Below, in pieces: positions 37,009 through 47,697 of a DNA stretch of 64,000 bases. The position numbers were made by a program, and so were the translations under genes. The stretch comes from a virus. Below the pieces are notes generated by a model. The model saw only the letters and a list, made by a program, of their open reading frames with translations. It did no database searches and had not been told where the DNA came from. Numbering within the stretch: position 1 is the first letter of the stretch; the number at the start of each line of letters is the position of its first letter. The stretch lies in IMG/VR virus record IMGVR_UViG_3300044681_000369, positions 64,001 through 128,000 of that record. The stretch is one strand, 5' to 3'.

Positions 37009-40000
37009 TTACCATCCGGGGAATTGAACAAAACCTGTAAACGTTGCTGACGGACCGCTTCGAACAGTCGAGTCATTATTCATGGTAAACTTCTGCCCTC
37101 TTTGCTGACCCGTTGTAGGATTAGCAATACCTAAGTGAATCCATGGGTTACGGCAACGATTTGCTCTTTCCAGAATAATCTGGTCGTGAGGAATATTCAT
37201 TTGTGCAATAATTCTTGCCGCCTCAATAGTTCTTTGTGGAGAATAACCACAACTGATATATTGAGTATCTGCCGCAAGACCGCAATTGTGTGCTGAATAT
37301 GCTCTACCGCGACTATCCAATCTGTTGTTTCTATAGCAAGAGCTAATTACAAAATTGCTTCCAAATCTTGCTCTAACAGGATCAAGAACCAATACCGCAA
37401 GCGTTCTTAGGTTCTTGACGATATCCCACGGAGAATACGTTTTGCCGCCAGTTGTTGTAACTGTTCTGGGCGTCATTCCAAACAACAAGTCTCGCAAGTG
37501 ATAATACTTGGATAGTTTTATGCTCGGATCAATAGGTCCTTGCATTCTTAGTGGTGGCAATCTATTGCCGTCCATGTCAACATCAATATTTCTTCCAGAA
37601 ATCGATGGGCTTGTTCCAAACGGACCAGCCTCAGATGATGGTGTGTAGTCTCCATCGCCCACATTTGCACCACCGGAAGACGGTTCTGAACATGCGCTAT
37701 CTGGAACAATTCTTGTTCCTGTAGTCTCATCAATGTCTCCGCCATCGTTTTGCATTGGAGCACTTGCGCCGCCATGGGAGCTTGCTGAACCACCACCAGA
37801 AGTTGATCTACCGCCTCTACCTGAAGACTGTCCCGATGATCCCTCAGACACAGATGCAACAGAAACAGAAACTGGTTGCTCAACTGGAACAATTATTGCT
37901 TGTTCGGCAACAAGAGCCAATTCAGGTTCGCTTGCTGGATCTGCTGTGTTTGCTTCGCCCGCCGCAAGAGCATCAGAAACCGTAGGCGCAGATACAGATG
38001 CACCACTTGGACCCTTAATATCTGTCGTGTCATCCGGTGATGTATGCGTTCCTTTTAGATTTGTTGCTTTCGCATTCAATGAATCCGTATTTGTCGTTGA
38101 TGCATTGAGTGTAGTTGTATCAACAATATCGGTAAGAATTTTAGATGATATTACCTGGCTAGCTTTATGATATGTTACATTTGCAGACTGGGTAATAATT
38201 TCATTATCCGCCTTAATATTTGTTGTGCCTGTAGAATGTGTATTAAATGATGTTTCAGTTTTGACATTGATTGCATCTTCTGCCTGCACATTTACAACGT
38301 TTTCTGACTTGATATTAAATGATGCAATTGACTCGGAATTTACCGAACCTGCTGCCTTAATATTTGTATTTCCTAAAGACTCAATATTGGTGTGCGTTCC
38401 TGATTTACTATTAACCTCTTCTGCCGCTCTCCACATAGAGTTCGCATCGGTAGATACGTTAATATCACCAACAGATGTTAAGTAAGTTTCGCCCGCAACC
38501 TTCGTGTGATGATCTGCTTTCGATGTTACACGATACCCTGTCGTTGCAGTCTGGTTAATTGTGCCATCTACAGTAGTATTAAAGTCCGAAGGAGTATGAA
38601 CCTCAATGTTGCCGGTATTTTCCAGAGAAAATACACCTTCATTTCTCATGAAAATGCCTTGACCAGCGGCAATTGACAAAGCACCAGCAACGTTAAGATT
38701 GAAGTCGCTATGTACGTCCATGTTCAACTTGCCGTTGGTAGTCAAGTTACAATCATTCATGATCATGACATTACATTCACCGGCAATGTGAATAGATGCT
38801 TTACCTTGAATAGAGATAAAACCATCATTGTCAACAATCATGTAACCATCGCCAACAATACGATTTACTTGTGTGCCATCTGGACCAATTTCAGTGAATG
38901 TGCCTGTTCGATGAGATATGTTAATACGCTCTGCGCCGGGTGTGTCATCGATCTCAATAGCATGACCAGATTCGCCAGCAAAAACCTTGTTGTAGGGATA
39001 TTGCGCATTATATGGGCTTTCAGGTTGTGACCATGAGCCGCCATGTCTACCGGCTTTAGGAACATCTCTAAGTCTTGTTGCAGTCTTTGCCGCTGGAGAT
39101 GAGCCTCTACCCAAAGTATCTTGAGTTGTCGGTTCGTTTGGACTACTCTGAATATCAGGAGAATTTGTGCCTACGGCAAGAGGATTGGTGTCTGGTTTAC
39201 CAGCAAGTTCAACCTTAGGATATTGCCCGTGTGGATCTTTAAATCCAGCATTAGGTGACTGCCTTTCTGGAGGCAAAATCGATTCGTTTGACGGAATAGA
39301 TGTTGCATCTGCTGGTGCAGGATTAGGTGGCGTATTGTCGCTTTGTGCCGGAGATACAACTGAGTCTTCGTTTACCGTAGTTAAGTCTGGCAAAAATCCA
39401 ATAATCGGTGGAGCAATGCGCTCAACACTCTTTGTTACTGTAACAAATCCAGTTTGAGTTTCGGTAATAGTTGTTGTAACTTTAGAACCGTCACCAAATT
39501 TTTCAACTACTGTTGTTACTGTTGATCCATCTTCTGTAGGAACACTACCCTCTTGCGATGCAACAGGCGTATTATTTGAGAATGTCTTTTTGACTTTTTG
39601 TAGATTTGTTACAATTTCGCCAGGTAAAGCACTTCTCAGAGATTTTAGATCGGAAGAAATTGCAGTAGGTTGAATACCACTCTTGCGCTCTTCCAATATG
39701 GATTTAATATAAGTCTCATGCTGTTTTACAATTTCAGCAACCGATTCGAAATTGCTGTCTAACAAGGCAGCAATCATGTTGCTATAAGAAGTAGATTTGC
39801 CGTTGTTTAATGCAACGTCATCTTGTTTAACGCCTACTCCTACAGTTTTCTTTGTTCCAGAATATTTTGATATTACTTGCCAAGTGCTACCATAAAACTC
39901 ATGAGTTGTTGTGTGGTTAATATCTCCGGTTTCAACATTAGCAGTTTCTTCTACTCTAATTGCACCATCTATAGAGCCAACAAGAAGTGCCTTTTTCTTT

Positions 40001-43000
40001 TCCAGCATGTTGGTATCATCAAGATCGATTCCGTTGACCGATGAGATAATTACATCATTTGCCTTAATCGCAACTATACCACCAGTAGATGCCCAATAAT
40101 ATTCTGCTTTGACCGTTGCACCATATGGAACAACAATAGGATTAGGATCAGTTGGCGGAGTAGATGGCTCATCACCAGTTATTGCCGCAATTTTTGATGC
40201 TGGTAGCTGAGGTACAGCTTCTGCCGAATTTGTTCCGGTATCGGGAATAGGAGGAATTTCCGCTGGATCAACCGGCAAGAATGAAGATATAATTTTACCT
40301 GTTGTTGATGCTGGTGCACCATCCGAGGGAATTCCAGTCTTTAGAGTCTCTGTTATGCTGTTTGATGCATCTGCCAATGTCGCATCAATTGCCCCGCTGG
40401 CATTTGTTAGTGATGATTTTGTATCAGATAGTAAATCTTTGCCAGCAGACACGGCATCGGCTGCCGCACTTCCAGGAACTTTTGTCATTGCGGCGGCGCC
40501 TAATGCACCTGCGGCCGCAACGGCATCTTGTGCGCCAGTTGTTAACGATGACATATCTGCGCCAAGATTGTTGATCTTTCCTACATCTGGAACAGAAGAC
40601 AACATAGACGATGCCGCTTTTTGTGCATCGGCTGCCATAGACTGTACTGAGGCTGTGCCAGCTTTGCCTATAATTCCGGCTTTGTCTCCGCCTACTGCAA
40701 CTATTGCCTCAGACTTAGCTTTGGTAAAGGCATCTACCATTCCCTTTTCTGCGCCCGTAGACTCAATCAACTTCATGTTGAGAGATGGAAGAACTGAACC
40801 TGTTCCGCCCTGCTTGGCTGAAACTGTAGCAATCTTATCTGCAATTTTTGCAGGATCAGTAATTCCTTCAAGAGAAGAATTTAAAAGTGCAGTTGCGCCA
40901 GGAGGACACATACCTCTTCTATTCAACTCATTTACAACAGCCGCATTAGGATCACATCCTAAACCCATGCCGCCTTTTAAAGCCTCGCCAATAAAACTTA
41001 AGGATTCTGGACTACATTCACCAGAAGCGGCAACCGCACCAACGGCTGTACCAACAGCCTCATGTGCATCTTGCTCAACTTCATTTGCCAGCGTAGTGAT
41101 CTTTTTAGCTATTGCAGTTGTGCTTTTTAAATTTGAAACTGAATCTGTTGCAGAAACGCTAGCCAAGTTTGGAGACAGTAGTGCTCCTTCAACACTTGTG
41201 CTAAGTTTATTAATGGTTGTTAGTGATATTCCTGTTGTTTGCTTTGTTATTGTATCCATTGAAGGAACAATACTCGGCGCATCAGAAATTGCATTTGATA
41301 TGCTTGTTACTTTATCAAGAGAAGATGCTGCCGCAGTTAATGGGTTGGCATCTAATGCTGTTGATGCGCCCTTTGCGGCAGTCAATAAACTATTTGTTCC
41401 GGGTAAACTCTTTGCGGCATCTTTTGCGGCACTTAAACCACTTGCAAGACCGCCAGCGGCACCGCCGACGGCAGATAATGCAGAGGATGCTGAAGGAACT
41501 TTAGGTAAAACTGCACCAGCTTTATCCAAAGCCGCCTTTGCAGTATTGATTTCTTTAATCTTCTCTTTAATGGAATCTGCGGCCATGCCTAGACCAGCTT
41601 TTAGAATTCCACCAGTAGACCTTGAAAGATTGCCTGATCTAACTAGCCCATCAACAACTTTGTTTAGATTTCTGCTTGCTAGAATTCCAGACAATTCTGT
41701 TGCGGTATCTAATAATGCCTTGTTGCTGACTTTTGTTGTCGGCTTCTTTGCACCAGGCTTTAAAACAGGCTCTTCGGTTGTTACTTCTCTAGGAACTTCA
41801 GCAATAGCATTCCAACCCAAATCATACCAATATTTTGTATTAATACCGTCCGAATTTGTTCTAGTTGTACCGCTTGCATATAAAATTGCAGTATCGGGAT
41901 TTTCTGCTAAAGAAAGTGCCAACAAACCAGCAACAGTTTTTCTGTCGGTTTCTGGTGTGATGGTTTTTGCAAATAGCAACTTCTTATATGCATTTTCCAT
42001 AATCCAATATGCAACTTGGTCCTGAAGTTTTTCATCAGTGACAAATTTTGTCATATTACGAACTTGAGTTGCGTAATTTGGTGGAATAGGATTATACATG
42101 AAGAAGTATTGCTTACTATTTGCCAACTCCTGTTTATAAGGAGCAACATCATAGTCTGCGCCAGCTCGTTCAGAAATTACTTCTGCATATGTCTTGTATC
42201 GATCAGCATTACCGGATTTGGTCCCGGCTTTTTCCATTGCTCGTTCTGACCAATCAAGAATGTCTTCAGTAATAAAATTTGTTTCAACCATTTGCGCAAG
42301 AGTAATACGATATGCGCCGTACTCACCTCTGCTGTGAACTTTTTTCCAATGATTTCTAGGACCATTAACTGGATATTTTTCCGCAATACCTTTGCGAATT
42401 TCCGTTAAGATAGTAACAATATCAGTCTTTGTTAGTTTTCCAATACCAACAGAATTTCTCGGAAGAGTGCTTGGCTTACTTTCATACCCTCGCTGTCTCT
42501 CTGCCGTTTCTGTTGTTGTGAGTAGCGCATCGAATGCGGCACCCAAAATTCTTGTTGTGTTTCTATCAAGACCAGCAACCCGCATTGCTCCCTGAGCAAC
42601 CGAACCCCAATCGCCCTTGTTAGCGGAGTTTAAGATACCAGTTGTGTCTCTTAGTAGACTGGCTTGACTGTTTGTGATAGCACCAACTGCTCTCAACTGA
42701 GCGATTGTTCTCTGCGTTGTTTGTGTTGGAGCTAGTCCACCCAAACCAATAGCAACAGCCCTAGATAAATTTCTGCTATCATTTCGACTTAAAACGCCAG
42801 ATCTGGTTATTGCTGAAAGTGCATCACCAATGTCTGGTGTTTTACCTTTAATTAAAGAATCTGCAATTCTTAATCCGCTTTTAACAGCACTTGCTTGCCC
42901 ACGATTAATGACACCAACCTGCGCGGCAACATTGACAACAGTTTGTAAATCTGGTGCCTTTTTATTTTTATATGCACTTATCGCAGTTGTAATTAGCGAT

Positions 43001-43020
43001 CTAGACTGTAGTAACGACAT
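37009..43020 (-). CDS. Giant gp5-C-like baseplate hub/spike protein with C-terminal M15-type peptidase
   Basis: gp5 motifs YPYNKV...ESGHAIEIDDTPGAERI...HRTGTF.EI followed by beta-helix repeats; C-terminal ISSCYR...SAHNCGLAAD...WIH (peptidase M15 Zn ligands). Confidence 0.8.
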   Translation of the reverse strand: MSLLQSRSLITTAISAYKNKKAPDLQTVVNVAAQVGVINRGQASAVKSGLRIADSLIKGKTPDIGDALSAITRSGVLSRNDSRNLSRAVAIGLGGLAPTQTTQRTIAQLRAVGAITNSQASLLRDTTGILNSANKGDWGSVAQGAMRVAGLDRNTTRILGAAFDALLTTTETAERQRGYESKPSTLPRNSVGIGKLTKTDIVTILTEIRKGIAEKYPVNGPRNHWKKVHSRGEYGAYRITLAQMVETNFITEDILDWSERAMEKAGTKSGNADRYKTYAEVISERAGADYDVAPYKQELANSKQYFFMYNPIPPNYATQVRNMTKFVTDEKLQDQVAYWIMENAYKKLLFAKTITPETDRKTVAGLLALSLAENPDTAILYASGTTRTNSDGINTKYWYDLGWNAIAEVPREVTTEEPVLKPGAKKPTTKVSNKALLDTATELSGILASRNLNKVVDGLVRSGNLSRSTGGILKAGLGMAADSIKEKIKEINTAKAALDKAGAVLPKVPSASSALSAVGGAAGGLASGLSAAKDAAKSLPGTNSLLTAAKGASTALDANPLTAAASSLDKVTSISNAISDAPSIVPSMDTITKQTTGISLTTINKLSTSVEGALLSPNLASVSATDSVSNLKSTTAIAKKITTLANEVEQDAHEAVGTAVGAVAASGECSPESLSFIGEALKGGMGLGCDPNAAVVNELNRRGMCPPGATALLNSSLEGITDPAKIADKIATVSAKQGGTGSVLPSLNMKLIESTGAEKGMVDAFTKAKSEAIVAVGGDKAGIIGKAGTASVQSMAADAQKAASSMLSSVPDVGKINNLGADMSSLTTGAQDAVAAAGALGAAAMTKVPGSAAADAVSAGKDLLSDTKSSLTNASGAIDATLADASNSITETLKTGIPSDGAPASTTGKIISSFLPVDPAEIPPIPDTGTNSAEAVPQLPASKIAAITGDEPSTPPTDPNPIVVPYGATVKAEYYWASTGGIVAIKANDVIISSVNGIDLDDTNMLEKKKALLVGSIDGAIRVEETANVETGDINHTTTHEFYGSTWQVISKYSGTKKTVGVGVKQDDVALNNGKSTSYSNMIAALLDSNFESVAEIVKQHETYIKSILEERKSGIQPTAISSDLKSLRSALPGEIVTNLQKVKKTFSNNTPVASQEGSVPTEDGSTVTTVVEKFGDGSKVTTTITETQTGFVTVTKSVERIAPPIIGFLPDLTTVNEDSVVSPAQSDNTPPNPAPADATSIPSNESILPPERQSPNAGFKDPHGQYPKVELAGKPDTNPLAVGTNSPDIQSSPNEPTTQDTLGRGSSPAAKTATRLRDVPKAGRHGGSWSQPESPYNAQYPYNKVFAGESGHAIEIDDTPGAERINISHRTGTFTEIGPDGTQVNRIVGDGYMIVDNDGFISIQGKASIHIAGECNVMIMNDCNLTTNGKLNMDVHSDFNLNVAGALSIAAGQGIFMRNEGVFSLENTGNIEVHTPSDFNTTVDGTINQTATTGYRVTSKADHHTKVAGETYLTSVGDINVSTDANSMWRAAEEVNSKSGTHTNIESLGNTNIKAAGSVNSESIASFNIKSENVVNVQAEDAINVKTETSFNTHSTGTTNIKADNEIITQSANVTYHKASQVISSKILTDIVDTTTLNASTTNTDSLNAKATNLKGTHTSPDDTTDIKGPSGASVSAPTVSDALAAGEANTADPASEPELALVAEQAIIVPVEQPVSVSVASVSEGSSGQSSGRGGRSTSGGGSASSHGGASAPMQNDGGDIDETTGTRIVPDSACSEPSSGGANVGDGDYTPSSEAGPFGTSPSISGRNIDVDMDGNRLPPLRMQGPIDPSIKLSKYYHLRDLLFGMTPRTVTTTGGKTYSPWDIVKNLRTLAVLVLDPVRARFGSNFVISSCYRNNRLDSRGRAYSAHNCGLAADTQYISCGYSPQRTIEAARIIAQMNIPHDQIILERANRCRNPWIHLGIANPTTGQQRGQKFTMNNDSTVRSGPSATFTGFVQFPGW

Positions 43021-43037
43021 TCAAATTTGCTCCGCAA

Positions 43038-43994
43038 TTACGCTGTTGCTGTCGATTGGACACTTGACGGAACAGATGCAACTCTGGTCCCTCTATAATT
43101 CCAGGAAAATCCAAACTTGTTAGAAGATGAATTTCTTTGTACTTTGCTGCCGTTGTTGGTCATTGTTTCGGCTGGCTGATCTGCACCGAAAAAGTCCGTT
43201 CTTGGACCAACAAAACTTCTTGCATTTGCCTGAAGTGTTGGATTTCTAAGATTTTCCGCAACCCGCAACATTTGTTGTGGAGTTATTCCTCTACCAGCGG
43301 CGGCGGCGGCAGAATTTGCGTCTGAGATGTTTCTCCAATATCTATTAGGAATATTCTCTGGACTTAACCCGCGTGTAGGAAATCTCCAAGCAGATTCAAA
43401 TTGTTTTTCGCCTAGCATATTGCCTAAAAGTCCACCATTTTTATACCCAACAGCACTTCCTACTGCCGCTCTATTGTATATTGCTTGTGCTACGTCACAC
43501 TGACCTTGTGCATCATTAATACCAGCCTCACATGCGCACATTGCAACTAGCGTCCAGAATACTTGATCTGGTGCACCAGAATCCACTGGTGTAATTGTGC
43601 CGCCTGCGCCTAGTCCACCATTACCGTCTGATACTGAGCCAGGCATTGGTGCACATCCGTCACCAGCTAGTCCACCAGGAACTGCTCCGACTGTGCCAAA
43701 AAACATCGGATGTTGTCCATCTGATCCATCGGCAAAAAATCCAACAACCCAAGTTCCGGTCACTGCCCCGGTTGGTGACCAACCAACGCCACCGGTGCTT
43801 GCCGAATTTGCTGGCATAATTGGCATTGCCCACGGTAAGTCTTCTGTTGGTAAGATTGACTTATCATCAACATGATATCCAATAATCCGAACCTTACAGC
43901 GTCCCATTCTAAGGGGATCATCACGATCTTCAACAACACCAAACCACCAATAAAATTGTGGATTGTTGTCGCTTGTTCTATTATCCATTGGCAT
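43038..43994 (-). CDS. gp5: gp5 N-terminal OB-fold fused to a SleB/Hydrolase_2-like cell wall hydrolase
   Basis: WFGVVEDRDDPLRMGRCKVRI.G.H, LPWA, GTWVVGFF.DG; then CEAG...GQCDVAQAIYNR...QFE. Confidence 0.8.
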   Translation of the reverse strand: MPMDNRTSDNNPQFYWWFGVVEDRDDPLRMGRCKVRIIGYHVDDKSILPTEDLPWAMPIMPANSASTGGVGWSPTGAVTGTWVVGFFADGSDGQHPMFFGTVGAVPGGLAGDGCAPMPGSVSDGNGGLGAGGTITPVDSGAPDQVFWTLVAMCACEAGINDAQGQCDVAQAIYNRAAVGSAVGYKNGGLLGNMLGEKQFESAWRFPTRGLSPENIPNRYWRNISDANSAAAAAGRGITPQQMLRVAENLRNPTLQANARSFVGPRTDFFGADQPAETMTNNGSKVQRNSSSNKFGFSWNYRGTRVASVPSSVQSTATA

Positions 43995-44000
43995 AATTAA

Positions 44001-45509
44001 TTATTCTCCACCGGACTGTTGAGGTTGAGTATTTTCACCAACCGGTGATGGTGCAACTGTGGGTGAAACAAATGAATCCTTAGCAATTTCCATAATCATA
44101 GTGTGTCGCTTTGTAGTTATTTGATGATGAATTGCGGTAACCAAATAGAATCCGCTAACGTGCTTATCATAAAATTCTTCTATTGTCATAGACGTAGATT
44201 TTGGTCTAACAGAAGGATATTTAAATTCAATAATTTTACCAACATGCATGTGTGTTTGCCCGGGAACCTTAATGCTCAATTTTAAAGTATTGACATCAAG
44301 AAACAAACTATTCCTGTTTGCAGTAAACTCATCCGGGCGCAAATTCATAAGTTCTCCATCGTCATTATCGGTTACGCCTGGATGAATAGTTTTAATGAAC
44401 ATTTTACTATTATATGATCTCATAATAGTTGCTGGGAAAATTGTATTTTGATATCCTCTAGATGTAGTTCCTTCTTTGTCTCTAGTATATTTTCCGTCTT
44501 CACCTTTAACGTAGTCTTCTAAGTGTGCATATAGATCAGCTTGAATGCCATGATCGTATATTGTTTGCTTAACTTCTTTTTTAACCATGTCATACACAAA
44601 GGTACTGCTCGTATAGTGACCTGTATCTTGTCCTTGAAGCATGTCAAGATTTGTTAGAAATTTAACTTCTTCCACTTTACCGTATTTTTTAATTAATCCC
44701 GCTGCCGTATTTCTTTCTGTTGCTGTTTGATCCATGTAAATATATGATCCACCAAATGAACCAGCAGTAAACTGCGCATCAATTAGATTTTCTAAAGATG
44801 TAAAATAAAACCCGTGTAGTGTTTCAAAAAACAAAAAAGTTGGTGCTTTATTGTTAGCACCGACACTTCTTTGTGCAATATAATTTAGACACTGAAAAGG
44901 AGTCCAAAACGGAGCAACAAACGAAACTGAAGATGAGTGTGGTGTATCGCCAATAATAAGTGCCGACTTATTTTCTTCATCATCTGTTGAGTTTTCACCC
45001 AACGGAAGATATCTTGGCATCTTAATATGCTCATCAAATATTTTCTCAACAAGTTCATCTGTTTTTCCATCAAACTTTTGAGACAAATATGTAATGTTAT
45101 CTACTGCACCCTCAAGAGATATAAAATGCAGGAGATACATTTGTTCCTTATCTTGATTTGTAAGAATTCTGTTCTTAATGGCATATACAGCAAAAGACTT
45201 CTGGATTTTTGCCAAAGAATTCACATCCCCTGGCGAAACTTCAGCCGCAGGAGTATTAATATCAATACTAACAAGCTCATTTCCAACAATAGGTAACAAG
45301 TCAATTAAATTGATCGTGTCTCTTACTGCAATTGTGCCAGTTAATACGTTAGAAAAAATATCTTCATATACATTAACTTCAAGAACATAATTTGTGATGT
45401 CAAGTTCCTGAGCCTCCGTTTTTAGGACTACACTATTAATCCTAACGTCACCAGGCTCAATAACCGCATCACGGGAAGTATTTGTATCATTTGCCGTTTC
45501 GGTTGCCAT
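44001..45509 (-). CDS. Baseplate hub protein (gp27-like)
   Basis: VYEDIFSNVLTG, FLFFETLHGFYF, SGFYLVTAIHH; lies between gp53 and gp5. Confidence 0.7.
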   Translation of the reverse strand: MATETANDTNTSRDAVIEPGDVRINSVVLKTEAQELDITNYVLEVNVYEDIFSNVLTGTIAVRDTINLIDLLPIVGNELVSIDINTPAAEVSPGDVNSLAKIQKSFAVYAIKNRILTNQDKEQMYLLHFISLEGAVDNITYLSQKFDGKTDELVEKIFDEHIKMPRYLPLGENSTDDEENKSALIIGDTPHSSSVSFVAPFWTPFQCLNYIAQRSVGANNKAPTFLFFETLHGFYFTSLENLIDAQFTAGSFGGSYIYMDQTATERNTAAGLIKKYGKVEEVKFLTNLDMLQGQDTGHYTSSTFVYDMVKKEVKQTIYDHGIQADLYAHLEDYVKGEDGKYTRDKEGTTSRGYQNTIFPATIMRSYNSKMFIKTIHPGVTDNDDGELMNLRPDEFTANRNSLFLDVNTLKLSIKVPGQTHMHVGKIIEFKYPSVRPKSTSMTIEEFYDKHVSGFYLVTAIHHQITTKRHTMIMEIAKDSFVSPTVAPSPVGENTQPQQSGGE

Positions 45510-45515
45510 ATTAAA

Positions 45516-46010
45516 TTATTTTCTAATTAGTGAGTTATAGTCTGTTAAGAACTCAGACAAATACCTCTTGTCTAACAATTTTATTTCGCTCTTTTTGTCG
45601 TTCAACATCTCTTCATATTGAAAATTTTGAATTGCAGTTTTATAGCCATCCGCATAGTCGGCATCTACAATTAATCCGTCGTCTGTCTCATAATGATGAA
45701 CATCGTAAATGTTTTCTATTCCATTATATTTTTTAATGCAGTATTTTACCAAATCTGATTGAGATTTTGGCCATTCTTCACGAACATCTACAATATTATT
45801 TGTAATTAATATTACCCAGTGATAATAAGGATTTCCATAATATCTGCTTGCCACAATTTCTGGAGTCCAACCACTAGGAACAGTAAATGACTCAAGAATG
45901 GTATAATCATCTATACCAGCCTTGGCTGCAACACGCCGAAATATATCGGTTACGGTTACAAACTCGCCGTTTATTGTTGCTAACGTTTTAGGAAAATTTT
46001 TGAATAACAT
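45516..46010 (-). CDS. gp53: Baseplate wedge protein (LysM-like)
   Basis: PEIVASRYYGNPYYHWVILITNNI, VHHYE, YEEMLNDKK. Confidence 0.92.
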   Translation of the reverse strand: MLFKNFPKTLATINGEFVTVTDIFRRVAAKAGIDDYTILESFTVPSGWTPEIVASRYYGNPYYHWVILITNNIVDVREEWPKSQSDLVKYCIKKYNGIENIYDVHHYETDDGLIVDADYADGYKTAIQNFQYEEMLNDKKSEIKLLDKRYLSEFLTDYNSLIRK

Positions 46011-47167
46011 TAGAATCCAGCCTCAACTCTCTGAGATGTTAATGTCTCTAGTTCAGTAAACTTCAGTTTGATTGTACATTCTGAAGGATATCCCTCGGAG
46101 CCTTGAAAATATACTAGACCTTCACCGCCATACTGTATGTCTATGGAGTTTAATGCACAGTTTGAAATCTTTCTTAGCTTTTTATTTTCTTTACCATTGT
46201 AAAAAAACATAATTAAAAATTCTGACGGATATACCAAAAATAGTCCATGATCAGAAGACGTAGGATGCATGTGCTGAATAAAAGTTTTTATTATTCCTGG
46301 TTCCGTGCCATCTCCAAATATTGCCCTAGCCTCAGCTAAATTTTTTGGCATAAATCTATATTCAAAGTCAAATGTTCTGAAGTCCATATTTTTAAACAAT
46401 TGCTCTTTATATGGATTCTCTACTTTTTTGGTGCCAGCTTCCATTGCCGCCTTCATTTTAGGACCACCTAAAGACGCTCCAACTTTTCTTAGCGCATATT
46501 GACCGACATCGCCAGCTTCACTGAAGAAATCCATAACTCCAGATATATTTGCTTGACCTGTACCGACTGCGCCCATAATAGCACCGATATCGGCTGTATC
46601 CCAGTTTGATGAGTAACGCTGACTTATAGAGTTGTGAATTCCAAGACTAACAGATTTTGCTCCAAACATTAGCTTGTTATCTTCATTTACTAAAAGTGCT
46701 AGTCCTGCACCGGCAGCACCACCGGCAGCCGCAGTACCTACAACTTGACCTGTGGCTCTCGCAAGTCCAGTCAGTGCGCCTGTAATTTTACCACCAATTC
46801 CTTTACCACCAGAATTTGTTAAAATGTCTTTTAAACCTGAAGCACCTATGCTTCCTATTGCGGCAGTTGCCGCTTGCTCTACTCCACCGGCAGCGAGAGC
46901 GGCTGTCGTATTTGCTGGATCCATTCTCATTTGACCGCTTTGATCAAATTCTCTGTTTGCGCCAGAGAAAGCAGAGAATGATCCTCCGGTTGCAGTAATA
47001 GCACCCTTACGGACAAGAGGATAAAAAGTTACCCAAGAAGGAAACTCTTCTGTAGACAATTCTTCAGGATATCTGTAAGTTGACGAGGAATTTTGACTGA
47101 GAATGTCATCCTCAGTCACTCGGTTTGTGTCCCTACTAAATCTTGATGTATTTTCTGTATCTGACAT
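46010..47167 (-). CDS. gp48: Baseplate tail-tube cap
   Basis: NPYKEQLFKNMDFRTFDFEYRFMPKN..EA, YPSEF, LKFTELE. Confidence 0.9.
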   Translation of the reverse strand: MSDTENTSRFSRDTNRVTEDDILSQNSSSTYRYPEELSTEEFPSWVTFYPLVRKGAITATGGSFSAFSGANREFDQSGQMRMDPANTTAALAAGGVEQAATAAIGSIGASGLKDILTNSGGKGIGGKITGALTGLARATGQVVGTAAAGGAAGAGLALLVNEDNKLMFGAKSVSLGIHNSISQRYSSNWDTADIGAIMGAVGTGQANISGVMDFFSEAGDVGQYALRKVGASLGGPKMKAAMEAGTKKVENPYKEQLFKNMDFRTFDFEYRFMPKNLAEARAIFGDGTEPGIIKTFIQHMHPTSSDHGLFLVYPSEFLIMFFYNGKENKKLRKISNCALNSIDIQYGGEGLVYFQGSEGYPSECTIKLKFTELETLTSQRVEAGF

Positions 47168-47170
47168 GAG

Positions 47171-47218
47171 AATAAATAACCTATTGAGGGTATGCTTGTG
47201 TGCTTCGGACTATTTATA
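47171..47218. promoter_or_regulatory. Divergent late promoters: AATAAATA (+, 47171-47178) for gp4 and TATAAATA (-, 47211-47218) for gp48
   Basis: Both motifs lie in the short divergent gap. Confidence 0.65.
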
Positions 47219-47673
47219 TGACATATGCTAACGATACTTTAAGGGGTTTATATAAAGTTATAAATCCAAAGAAGTATGTCGGAAATCCAGATAATGTTAT
47301 ATTTCGATCTAGCTGGGAACTGAAGTTCATGAAATGGTGTGACTCAAACCCGAATATCATACAGTGGGGTTCTGAGGAGTTATCAATACCATACGTGTCG
47401 CCAATCGACAAGAAAATACACAGATATTTTGTAGACTTCTACATTAGTGTTAAAGACGGATCTGGAAATATCAGCAAATATTTAGTTGAGATTAAGCCAT
47501 ATCGTTTTACTCTCCCACCAAAACAGCCAAAACGACAATCAAAACGATTCCTCCAAGAAGTTGCAACCTATGCGGTAAATCAGGCAAAATGGAAATTTGC
47601 TGATGAATTTTGTAAAGACAATGGTTGGAAATTTCTTGTATTAACCGAAAAAGAACTTGGAATAAACGCATAA
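47218..47673 (+). CDS. gp4: Head completion protein (TnsA-like nuclease)
   Basis: NPKKY.G, RSSWELKFMKWCD, HRYFVDF, VEIKP, NQAKW. Likely start at 47218. Confidence 0.93.
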   Translation: MTYANDTLRGLYKVINPKKYVGNPDNVIFRSSWELKFMKWCDSNPNIIQWGSEELSIPYVSPIDKKIHRYFVDFYISVKDGSGNISKYLVEIKPYRFTLPPKQPKRQSKRFLQEVATYAVNQAKWKFADEFCKDNGWKFLVLTEKELGINA

Positions 47674-47697
47674 ATATAGAATGCGTTAGAGGATTAT

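Noticed and set aside
40355-42025. 556-aa ORF on the + strand
   Set aside because: Antisense shadow of the Ala/Ser-rich part of the 2003-aa gene; no SD or recognisable motifs.
43021-43040. Readthrough or frameshift joining the two gp5 genes
   Set aside because: 17-nt gap, out of frame, no slippery heptamer, and the second gene has its own GGAG SD.
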